Virus record (IMG/VR): IMGVR_UViG_3300042197_000370
DNA from: a virus
Direction: 5' to 3' (one strand)
DNA length: 64,000 nucleotides
The notes beneath the pieces are model-generated. The model was not told the DNA's origin and ran no database searches. It saw nothing but the letters and a program-made list of their open reading frames with translations. This document shows positions 29,154 to 37,489 of the stretch, piece after piece (the stretch's first letter is position 1; the number at the start of each line of letters is the position of its first letter). Position numbers and translations under genes: made by a program.

Positions 29154-29360
29154 TAAAACGCCTTAAGAATAATCAGAATCCGTCATTTATATTTCACTCC
29201 TAATGTGTCACATATCGCCATATATAGTATGAGACATGTGCCAAAAACAATATATGTTACTAAAGCAGGTAATACCCATATAGGCCAAGTGACCACAATA
29301 ATACCTGCTAAGATTTTCTTTTTAGTATTATAATTCATTAGAATGCCTTTAAAATAATCA
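29151..29360 (-). repeat. 25-bp imperfect direct repeat (29151-29175 and 29336-29360)
   Basis: 21/25 identical; both copies read IILKAF*-ATG and all differences are synonymous. Confidence 0.8.
29183..29338 (-). CDS. 51-aa membrane micro-protein
   Basis: Not in the track. MNYNTKKKILAGIIVVTWPIWVLPALVTYIVFGTCLILYMAICDTLGVKYK, TAATG-coupled to the upstream gene. Confidence 0.7.
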   Translation of the reverse strand: MNYNTKKKILAGIIVVTWPIWVLPALVTYIVFGTCLILYMAICDTLGVKYK

Positions 29361-30543
29361 TACCTGCATTGAACCTACCATTAGGTGTAGTGCTTACAGC
29401 CTTGATATCCTTGAAGTACTTACGTGCCACAGGCTTACTTCCCATCAATTGCTTGATTTGTTCATTGGGCTTGCGTAGAGTTTTAACTTCACTTTGCTTT
29501 TGATCAAAGCCAAGCAATGTGTTACCCTTGACACCGAAAGACTTAGCGTATTCATCGGCAATGTAGTGATGCATCTTACGTTTGGCAGTATCATAAACCC
29601 ATGCTTCACTAGCACCATATAACTTAGTTGCAGGAAGTCCAACAAGATCCAACTTAGTTGCTTCATCCTTAAATACTTTGAGATACTTAAGTTTGCTAAC
29701 CTGCTTCTCTACACTAACAGGCTTCTTAGCACGTGGAGTTTTTGCAGACTTCTTGACACTTACGTAACCATTTAAGTCAGCAATGACCTTATCAATAAAC
29801 AACAGAATATTTTTGACTTGTGTTTTACTGAAACGTGCATATGCTTCGTTCAATTGTGCATCTTTACCTTTTTGCAATTCAAGGTATTCTTCTTGTCGTT
29901 TCTTCCAAGGCTCAATTAAAATATTGATATGCTGTGGTAAAACACTTTTCTTACTGAGTTCTTCCATAACACGGACGTTGAATTCTTTCTTTGCACCATC
30001 AAGGATATAGTCATCATAGATGCCTTCTAGTTCACCGCCTGCCTCACGTGCCCGATCTTTCATAATCTCTTGCACATTGGGTCGATTACTAACAACTGCT
30101 TCTTTCTTTGAGCCAGTCATACTATTTTTTGGATATAGTTCATTGGCTTTATTAATAAGACGTTGTGCCTCAGATAAAATCTGACTTTGCTCTTTTTCAT
30201 TAAGAATAAGACCCCGCAATGCCATACGTGCTACCCAACCATATGACATAACATATTCACTATCTGGAATCTTACCAATCTTTTTAACTAGATCACTTTT
30301 ACCCGATTGTTCCAAATAGTTAATCATAAACTCTTTGGCTTCTTTCTTACCATAGAATCGATTATACCAAGTCAATCCTGCCATTAATGCAATCTTGTGA
30401 TTTTCGGGCTGTTCTAGGAATTTGGGTTCAAATCCAAAATACTTAGTATCTGGATCCCTAGGATTCAAGTCTTTGGGCATAACAAAAGTTGGCTCAGTAG
30501 CAACAGTTTGGGCTTTCTTTACACGGGGCATGGAATTCTCCAA
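29338..30543 (-). CDS. Conserved large-phage hypothetical protein
   Basis: 401-aa lysine-rich ORF with SD and a sigma70 promoter. Confidence 0.8.
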   Translation of the reverse strand: MENSMPRVKKAQTVATEPTFVMPKDLNPRDPDTKYFGFEPKFLEQPENHKIALMAGLTWYNRFYGKKEAKEFMINYLEQSGKSDLVKKIGKIPDSEYVMSYGWVARMALRGLILNEKEQSQILSEAQRLINKANELYPKNSMTGSKKEAVVSNRPNVQEIMKDRAREAGGELEGIYDDYILDGAKKEFNVRVMEELSKKSVLPQHINILIEPWKKRQEEYLELQKGKDAQLNEAYARFSKTQVKNILLFIDKVIADLNGYVSVKKSAKTPRAKKPVSVEKQVSKLKYLKVFKDEATKLDLVGLPATKLYGASEAWVYDTAKRKMHHYIADEYAKSFGVKGNTLLGFDQKQSEVKTLRKPNEQIKQLMGSKPVARKYFKDIKAVSTTPNGRFNAGMIILKAF

Positions 30544-30561
30544 TAATCAATCATATTCAGT

Positions 30562-30590
30562 ATTATATAGTGTTTGGGCTTAAAAGTCAA
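30562..30590 (-). promoter_or_regulatory. sigma70-type promoter
   Basis: TTGACT-N17-TATAAT. Confidence 0.8.
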
Positions 30591-31276
30591 TAGATATGGG
30601 CAAGAATTTTAGAGTACCAAATTTGGTGTAATAAGCGCCCATTACTCGGTATTACTACATCATAGTTCATTTGGAAAAAATTTTGGGCATATTCAAATCC
30701 ATTAGGGGTTATGAATTTTTCGGTATCAAATTGGATAACTTTACGCAAGTTTTCATGCCTGTGTTTATAGCAGTTAAATCCTTTACTAGAAATAATAACA
30801 TCGGGGTCATAAAAGGTTTTGTATTTTGACATTGGAATATCAGCAGAGTTACCATTGTCTATTGATTCCCCGTACCTATAAGGATAAAATCTTTTATAAG
30901 CGATTGAATTTTCATCGGGAAAGGTGAAAACAACTATGTCCCTAAAACTCCAATTAGTGAATATGTCATATGGTGAATCAAATTGAATGAAATTATAGTA
31001 TTCTATTACATGTGAGCAGATAATTGGTATGCCGGGTTGGCTTTTGAGTTCCTCTAGAGAATTTGGATAAACAAAAGTCCTTAAATTTTCTAATGAACCA
31101 ACATGATGATTGAACGTTGCATAAGCATACTTTTCAAGTAAACCTTTCATATAATCATCTGCTTGTATTCTTTTTTGAAATCGATTATCTAACGATAACA
31201 AGTTAGCCAAATGGTTTCCTCCGCATCCCGGGGGAAATAAAAGGATCAATATACTATCAGAGTTATTCGGAATCAT
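30587..31276 (-). CDS. Possible sulfotransferase-fold (P-loop-like) protein
   Basis: N-terminal LLFPPGCGGNHLANLL resembles the 5'-PSB loop; later ICSH; AT-rich. Confidence 0.35.
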   Translation of the reverse strand: MIPNNSDSILILLFPPGCGGNHLANLLSLDNRFQKRIQADDYMKGLLEKYAYATFNHHVGSLENLRTFVYPNSLEELKSQPGIPIICSHVIEYYNFIQFDSPYDIFTNWSFRDIVVFTFPDENSIAYKRFYPYRYGESIDNGNSADIPMSKYKTFYDPDVIISSKGFNCYKHRHENLRKVIQFDTEKFITPNGFEYAQNFFQMNYDVVIPSNGRLLHQIWYSKILAHIY

Positions 31277-31281
31277 AGATA

Positions 31282-31296
31282 TATTTACGATAAATA
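31282..31296. promoter_or_regulatory. Back-to-back late promoters TATTTA-cga-TAAATA
   Basis: Each hexamer is exactly 5 nt from a divergent ATG (31276 and 31302). Confidence 0.8.
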
Positions 31297-31301
31297 CATG
31301 T

Positions 31302-33017
31302 ATGCCAAGATTATCCCTATACCGCCCAAATAAGACGAATGACTACAATTATCTAGACAAAACAGTGTCAGAAATGCTTACGGCTGGCGGCACGGATTTG
31401 TATATTCACAAGTATCTAGGACCTAATGCAAAGACTCCTAGTGTGGATTACACTCAACCTCAATATGATAAACTTGAGCCTACAAATATACAGGATTTGC
31501 TATTTTTAGAAAATAGAGATAGAGTATATGACCCAAACATATATCGTTTACGTGGGCATTACAATGTACAAAATTTAGACTTTGATTTAAGTCAGTTTGG
31601 ACTTTTCCTACAAAATGACATTATATTCATCACTGTTCATTACAACGATATGATTGATATCGTAGGACGTAAATTAATGGTAGGTGATGTTATTGAACTA
31701 CCTCACTTGCTAGATTACAATCCACTAAAGGAAACAATACCTGTTGCATTGAAACGTTTTATGCAGGTTACAGATGCGAACTATGCAAGTGAAGGTTTCA
31801 GTCAAACATGGTTCCCACATCTATGGCGTATCAAATGCGAACCATTAGTAGACAGTCAAGAATTTAGTCAAATACTTACTGAGCCAATCAATAAAGATAA
31901 TTATCTTGGTATATGGGATAAAGATAAAACATATCCCCCGGGTTATGTTATTTCGTTTGGTGATAAAAACTACGAATCAATAAAAGAAGTTCCTGCAGGA
32001 ATAAGTCCACCAAATGCAGAATACTGGAAACTTGATACTAATCAAGACCTTAAAGATATACTTGGTACATACAATAAGAATCTACAAATCAATGATGCTA
32101 ACCTTAAAGAAGCAAAACGCATTGTTCCAAAATCAGGTTACAGTCAAAACGATTTGTATATTGTACCTACATATGGTGCATATGAATCTGACGGTGTGTT
32201 GTCTAAGAAAGACGGACAGCCTGCGCCACCTTATAATATTGTAACTAGTTCTAAGGGCGCCCCAAGCACTACAACTGGTGCAGTTGTAATGATGCGCAAT
32301 CCTAAATACAAGAACCCTAGTTCAGGTATTAGAATTAGTAAACAAGCACTTAAGAGTATTTGGGATTTGACTGCGGATAGTGATCTATCTGAAAAGATTG
32401 ATAAGTTTGTACAAGCGCAACTAGAAACAGTAGAGTTGCCACCAGAAAGAACCGATACTGGTTCAGGTCCTGTTAGTGGAACCAAAGCACTTCTAGTGCA
32501 ATCGTTAGGTGTAATCACTGGTCCATATGGTACTGCTGACAACACATATGCAACCGCAGACCAAGACCCAACTCAACCCGGATTCACTGGAACAATCAGT
32601 ACTGAAATGGACTTTAGAGCAGACTGTGATCCAAGATTCCAATACATAACAAGATACACCCCGCAAACGTTTGGTTACATTGCTGGATATTTAACAGGCG
32701 ATGGTCAAGCACCTAATGGATTACCAACTGGTGCTGGTATTAGTTTCCCACAGAATCCTCAAGTAGGAGACTACTTCTTACGTATTGATTACTTCCCGCA
32801 AATATTATTCCGTTGGGACGGACAAATTTGGGTTAGAATTAGCGAAAACGTTAGAACAGACACTGGCTTCACAGTAGATGACAGATCATTGGTATCAGGA
32901 TTTGTTAATAACGAAAATCAAATCTATCTAAATAACACTAGTGAGTTTGTTCCTGAAGCACAACCGTTATCTAGTGTGTTACAACCTGCTCCCGATATCA
33001 TACCACCTGAACTATAA
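31302..33017 (+). CDS. Neck protein (gp14-like, extended)
   Basis: MPRLSLYRPNKTNDY, IQDLLFLENRDRVY, DLSQFGLFL, WFPHLWRIKC. Confidence 0.75.
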   Translation: MPRLSLYRPNKTNDYNYLDKTVSEMLTAGGTDLYIHKYLGPNAKTPSVDYTQPQYDKLEPTNIQDLLFLENRDRVYDPNIYRLRGHYNVQNLDFDLSQFGLFLQNDIIFITVHYNDMIDIVGRKLMVGDVIELPHLLDYNPLKETIPVALKRFMQVTDANYASEGFSQTWFPHLWRIKCEPLVDSQEFSQILTEPINKDNYLGIWDKDKTYPPGYVISFGDKNYESIKEVPAGISPPNAEYWKLDTNQDLKDILGTYNKNLQINDANLKEAKRIVPKSGYSQNDLYIVPTYGAYESDGVLSKKDGQPAPPYNIVTSSKGAPSTTTGAVVMMRNPKYKNPSSGIRISKQALKSIWDLTADSDLSEKIDKFVQAQLETVELPPERTDTGSGPVSGTKALLVQSLGVITGPYGTADNTYATADQDPTQPGFTGTISTEMDFRADCDPRFQYITRYTPQTFGYIAGYLTGDGQAPNGLPTGAGISFPQNPQVGDYFLRIDYFPQILFRWDGQIWVRISENVRTDTGFTVDDRSLVSGFVNNENQIYLNNTSEFVPEAQPLSSVLQPAPDIIPPEL

Positions 33018-33019
33018 AT

Positions 33020-34396
33020 ATGGCACAATTTTTTTACGACAATCAGATACGCAGATTTTTAATTCAATTTGCAAAAATATTCAGCAATTGGTATGTAACT
33101 AAGGGCAAAGACCCTAACGGCAATGATATATTAATTCGTGTTCCAGTAATGTATGGTGATAGCAGTAGACAAGCATCAACCATCATTGCTAATAATAGTG
33201 CAAGTAATTTACCAAGTGCGCCATTGATTACGTATTACATAACAGCACTAGAATACGACCAAAGACGTTTGCAGGATCCTACATTCGTAGAAAAACTACA
33301 AGTACGCCAACGTCAATATGACCCTGACACAGGAACATATGACACTACACAAAGTCAAGCATTTACGATTGAACGCTTGATGCCTGCACCGTATACGTTA
33401 AGAGTTACTGTAGACTTTTGGACTACGAACTATAATCAAAAATTAGAAATTATCGAACAGTTGGGTGCTATATTCAACCCAGCACTTGAAATACAAAGCA
33501 CAGATAACTTTATTGACTGGACTTCACTAAGTGTAGTATTCCAAGATGGACTGACATTTACTAGCAGAACTATCCCACAAGGTACAGGTAACCCAATCGA
33601 TGTTATGACATGGAAGTTCTATATGCCTATATGGATTAGTACTTCAGTCAAACTTAAGAAAATGGGCGTTATTCATAAAGTTATCGCTAGCATATTCAAA
33701 GGTAAAGCATACCAAGATATACAAGATGATGATTTATTATTAGGTACACGACAAAAGATTACTCCATTTGGATACAAAGTATTGTTGATAGGTAACACAT
33801 TACAGTTATTACCACAGAATGAAGCATTCTATCCACCTAATACTAATTTAGATAATCCTCCCCCACCCAACACAGATTTGTATTGGAGTAGTTTATTAAA
33901 CACGTATGGTAAAGTAAAGCCGGGAGTAAGTCAAATATGGTTGCAAAATCCATATATGGAAGATGATATCGTTGGTACTATAGTTCCTGATCCATTAGAT
34001 GACAGACTATTAATTTATAACATTGACCCTGATACACTTCCTCAAAACACTCTTTCGCCAGTTAACAGTGTTATAAACCCATTACTAACTGGACCTAATG
34101 CAGGTTTGCCGGGCCCAAATAACGGGGTAAGATATTTGTTAGTTGACAGAATAGGAACTGATGGTACTAATACAATTGCATGGGGTAACTTAGTTGCTAA
34201 TGCAAACGACATTGTAGAATACAATGGCAGCACTGGTCAGTGGGAAGTTTCTTTTGATAGTCAAGCATCTACAACTGTAGAATATGTCACGAATTTAACT
34301 ACCGGTATTCAATATCGCTATGTTAACACAGAAGGACAGTGGATGAAATCATACGAAGGTTGGTATGATCAGGGAGATTATTCTATAGTGATTTAA
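33020..34396 (+). CDS. Tail sheath stabiliser/terminator (gp15-like, extended)
   Basis: FFYDNQIRRFLIQF, RVPVMYGD, QKLEIIEQLGAIFNP. Confidence 0.82.
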   Translation: MAQFFYDNQIRRFLIQFAKIFSNWYVTKGKDPNGNDILIRVPVMYGDSSRQASTIIANNSASNLPSAPLITYYITALEYDQRRLQDPTFVEKLQVRQRQYDPDTGTYDTTQSQAFTIERLMPAPYTLRVTVDFWTTNYNQKLEIIEQLGAIFNPALEIQSTDNFIDWTSLSVVFQDGLTFTSRTIPQGTGNPIDVMTWKFYMPIWISTSVKLKKMGVIHKVIASIFKGKAYQDIQDDDLLLGTRQKITPFGYKVLLIGNTLQLLPQNEAFYPPNTNLDNPPPPNTDLYWSSLLNTYGKVKPGVSQIWLQNPYMEDDIVGTIVPDPLDDRLLIYNIDPDTLPQNTLSPVNSVINPLLTGPNAGLPGPNNGVRYLLVDRIGTDGTNTIAWGNLVANANDIVEYNGSTGQWEVSFDSQASTTVEYVTNLTTGIQYRYVNTEGQWMKSYEGWYDQGDYSIVI

Positions 34397-34414
34397 TTTA
34401 AGATAAATCATTAT

Positions 34415-34822
34415 ATGAATGTCGCCGCTGGTATTTTCTTTTATTGCAATACAACATGTAGATATTTGTATCTGTTACGTTCAGATAAAAATCCTACTTG
34501 GAGTATACCTGGCGGAAAACTAGAAAAAGATGAAACACTATTAGAAGGTCTTGAGCGTGAGTGCTTAGAAGAAATTTCACAGTGGGACAAAAATTGGAAA
34601 TTAATACCTATACAAAAATTCGTAAATGGTAATTTCACATATCATACATTTTTCTGTAGCGTCCATAAAGAATTCACACCCATACTAAATGATGAGCATT
34701 GCGGCTATGCGTGGGTAGCAGACGAACATTATCCTAAACCATTACATCCAGGATTATTTAGTACAATTAATTTTGATGTTGTTAGAGAAAAGATGAAGTC
34801 ACTAGTAGAAAAGCGGTCCTAA
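34415..34822 (+). CDS. NUDIX hydrolase
   Basis: GGKLEKDETLLEGLERECLEE Nudix box; LNDEHCGYAW. Confidence 0.92.
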   Translation: MNVAAGIFFYCNTTCRYLYLLRSDKNPTWSIPGGKLEKDETLLEGLERECLEEISQWDKNWKLIPIQKFVNGNFTYHTFFCSVHKEFTPILNDEHCGYAWVADEHYPKPLHPGLFSTINFDVVREKMKSLVEKRS

Positions 34823-34833
34823 GACCGCTTTTC
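34808..34833. terminator. Bidirectional intrinsic terminator
   Basis: GAAAAGCGGTC-ctaa-GACCGCTTTTC between convergent genes. Confidence 0.85.
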
Positions 34834-34837
34834 TGTT

Positions 34838-35146
34838 TTAGTTCATACCTAACATTTTGCCTATAGTTGGATAACCTAGTGCGCCAATAACTATACCAGC
34901 GCCCATAAGCATCCATCGCCACTTCTCTAATGCAGAGATTTTATTTGCCATCTTATTATGTGCTTCAACGTTTGAATTTTGAAACTCTCTAATAAGTGAA
35001 TGTGTGGCATCATTGTTTCTAGCCATGTCATCACGAATATCTTTTAATTCGGCCTTAACCTCATCAACCTTTTCGTCCAAATTCTTAAATTGAACTTGGA
35101 GTACGGCTACTTCAGTTTCGGTTTGTTTTAATGATACTTGTGCCAT
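34838..35146 (-). CDS. Coiled-coil protein with C-terminal TM helix (XhlA/holin-like)
   Basis: Heptad region then ISALEKWRWMLMGAGIVIGALG. Confidence 0.5.
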   Translation of the reverse strand: MAQVSLKQTETEVAVLQVQFKNLDEKVDEVKAELKDIRDDMARNNDATHSLIREFQNSNVEAHNKMANKISALEKWRWMLMGAGIVIGALGYPTIGKMLGMN

Positions 35147-35152
35147 GATCTA

Positions 35153-36160
35153 TTAAGCCTTATTGATAGTTACGATTGGGTATGGTTGACCACCGTATGT
35201 ATTGGCAGCATAAGCAGTATTGAACGTGCTGAATGCTGGTGAACTGTTATTGATATTATCAGTTAATGTTGCTGTTGTGCCAGATGTTGCTGTAAACAAT
35301 TCTGCGGTATGGTCACTTAGTGACTGTACAAGAACTGTGGCAGCGTTAGCATATGTTCCAATAATACTCATTGTGCCAGGATACAAGTTTGCATTTGCTA
35401 AGTTTGCTGTGAAGCACGGTCCAACTAAACCAGTAGTTGTTCCTTTTACCAAATACTTCTGTTTACCTTTTTGACGTACAATGTAACCTGCTTCGCTTTC
35501 TGCGAACACAAATCCTGATGCAGTTGCATTGGCTGCTGAATTTGCATCAAATGTAGCGAATGTAGCATTTGCGTTTGCAATGTCAGTGACATAACCTAAG
35601 AATACACCATCGATAGTTGAAACTGCCATACCGTCTGCTAATGTATTAGCAAAGTCGGTACCAACACCATCGATGTTCGGTGAACCAGTACCTACAGTAA
35701 TTGTACCTGTACCAGTTTGTGAAATTGCAACTTGGCAAAGAACTTGATTACCATAGATTGCTGTATTACCACCAACAACTGAGTATGTTGCTGTGTTGGT
35801 TGCAGGATAGCCTGCACCACTTAGTGGATTGTTGAAATATGCATCAACTGGCGCAACTGTTGCTGCGGTAGTTAATGGGCCTGCAGTAGTTAAGTTAACC
35901 TTTGCATACGTTGGGTTAGCATTCAATGGAGTTGCTGAAACAGTAAATGTACTGTTATTGCCTGCATTGAGTACTTCAAGAATCCAATACATTGTACCTG
36001 CAGTTAAACCACCTGCGGTAGTTGCTGGTACAAAAGGCATACCTGCAATGATACCTAAGTTGGTAAAGTTTGCGTTTGTTGTGACTACTTCTGTTGTGCC
36101 GTTAGTTGCAGTAATTGTAACTACTGCTTGGGCTTTTGCGATTTTTAATGGGCGTCCCAT
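35153..36160 (-). CDS. Virion structural protein
   Basis: MGRPLKIAK start, A/T/G-rich beta composition, strong SD. Confidence 0.7.
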   Translation of the reverse strand: MGRPLKIAKAQAVVTITATNGTTEVVTTNANFTNLGIIAGMPFVPATTAGGLTAGTMYWILEVLNAGNNSTFTVSATPLNANPTYAKVNLTTAGPLTTAATVAPVDAYFNNPLSGAGYPATNTATYSVVGGNTAIYGNQVLCQVAISQTGTGTITVGTGSPNIDGVGTDFANTLADGMAVSTIDGVFLGYVTDIANANATFATFDANSAANATASGFVFAESEAGYIVRQKGKQKYLVKGTTTGLVGPCFTANLANANLYPGTMSIIGTYANAATVLVQSLSDHTAELFTATSGTTATLTDNINNSSPAFSTFNTAYAANTYGGQPYPIVTINKA

Positions 36161-36166
36161 TTGTTT

Positions 36167-36237
36167 CTCCTATGTTATGTGGGTTCTAATCCACTACGCG
36201 GCGGGGACCGCATAAGACTCTCCCCATGAGAGTGCAT
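36167..36237 (-). promoter_or_regulatory. Structured 5' leader with 20-codon uORF
   Basis: GC-rich island with three hairpins between TAAATA (36242-36247) and the SD; uORF 36237-36175. Confidence 0.55.
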
Positions 36238-36241
36238 AATA

Positions 36242-36269
36242 TATTTATCGTTTTTGCAAAAAATAAATA
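36242..36269. promoter_or_regulatory. Divergent late promoter pair
   Basis: TATTTA ... TTTTTGCAAAAA ... TAAATA. Confidence 0.75.
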
Positions 36270-36274
36270 CCTAT

Positions 36275-37228
36275 ATGAAAGTCGAATTTTACGGGTCATT
36301 TTATACTGCTGAACCGCACATTATAGGCGAATCTGAGCAGAAATTTATAGAAAAACTGAAGCAAGAAATTCTTGCTACTAGCATGTATGAGTCCAATCTT
36401 ATAATAAATCTTACTTGGCTAGAACCAAACGATCCTAATTTAATACCTTGGCTTAATAGAAATGCTACACCTAAGTCTACTAAGTTATACGTAGTAGGAT
36501 TAGTTGACGGCATGCATTGGTTTACTCAAACTAAAACATTTCACGATTTACAAGAAATGAAATCTATAATAGAATTTATAGGATTTTCTCCAAACAATTG
36601 GAGAAGTTTTATACCTAGTTTAATGAATCAGTATTCTGTCGAAGAATTAGCATTAGATAACGATCCAACATACACGTATTTGGCCTACAACAGAAAGTCT
36701 AGACCACATAGATATACAATAACAAAACTGCTTATTGACAATAATCTTATTGATAGAGGATATATAACATTTCAAAAAGGTAATTTTGATATAATTGATC
36801 AGCGCACAGGAGAAACAGATCAACACTTACATACATCAGATTTGAGATATTCAAGACCTGAAGATTTGTTCACCTTAGGTAATATGAATATTTGGAAGAA
36901 AACATATTCTGTTTTAGTTTCTGAAACTGAAGTGACCGATCCATGGCAACTTAGTGAAAAGACTTGGAAGCCAATATTAGGATTGCGTCCGTACGTTCAT
37001 AATGGTAATGAGCAACTATATAAAATATTACATAAATTAAATCTATATACTCCTGCAGATTTATTTAAAAATTCACAATTAAACAAGGCTGATCCATTAA
37101 CTCTTATTGATCATTTTAAATGGCTAAATGAAAAAACACCACAAGAGTTATATGACTTGTGGTGTTCGCAGTACTTTATGTTAACGCACAATAGAAATAG
37201 ATTTTTAGAATTAAGCGGGCATTCCTAA
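36275..37228 (+). CDS. Putative glycosyltransferase (exostosin/GT-B-like)
   Basis: YLAYNRKSRPHR and VSETEV..LSEKTWKPI motifs; opposite strand to neighbours; start from TAAATA-N5-ATG. Confidence 0.45.
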   Translation: MKVEFYGSFYTAEPHIIGESEQKFIEKLKQEILATSMYESNLIINLTWLEPNDPNLIPWLNRNATPKSTKLYVVGLVDGMHWFTQTKTFHDLQEMKSIIEFIGFSPNNWRSFIPSLMNQYSVEELALDNDPTYTYLAYNRKSRPHRYTITKLLIDNNLIDRGYITFQKGNFDIIDQRTGETDQHLHTSDLRYSRPEDLFTLGNMNIWKKTYSVLVSETEVTDPWQLSEKTWKPILGLRPYVHNGNEQLYKILHKLNLYTPADLFKNSQLNKADPLTLIDHFKWLNEKTPQELYDLWCSQYFMLTHNRNRFLELSGHS

Positions 37229-37477
37229 ATCAGTTATTGAAAAGATACCGGTTCCGCTTACTGCAATATAAGCAATGTAATTACCTTCTCCTACAATAAA
37301 ACTATTGTTTACTGTATTTGCTGGAATAATTTCACATGCTGTCAAATTTGCAGTTACGCTAGCGTTACCAACTGCAACAGCGATAGCACTGCTGGTCGTT
37401 GATATACGAACTTTATCTGTTGTTGCTACCGCTGTTAATTGACTTGATCCACTGGGTGTATAAATTGCTGCTGCCAT
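37211..37477 (-). CDS. Small virion beta-protein
   Basis: 88 aa, A/T/V-rich, follows the fibre gene. Confidence 0.65.
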   Translation of the reverse strand: MAAAIYTPSGSSQLTAVATTDKVRISTTSSAIAVAVGNASVTANLTACEIIPANTVNNSFIVGEGNYIAYIAVSGTGIFSITDLGMPA

Positions 37478-37489
37478 GTTTTTATCCTA

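Noticed and set aside
33012-33022. TATAAATA late promoter before the gp15-like gene
   Set aside because: It overlaps the upstream stop and the ATG itself, so it does not fit the 4-5 nt spacing; more likely translational coupling.
36161-36245. HDV-like/theta ribozyme in the structured leader (UCCCCG loop, later GG, P2-like pairing)
   Set aside because: The needed P1 strand would lie partly upstream of the predicted start, the loop is short, and the catalytic C-x-A-A junction is not in register.
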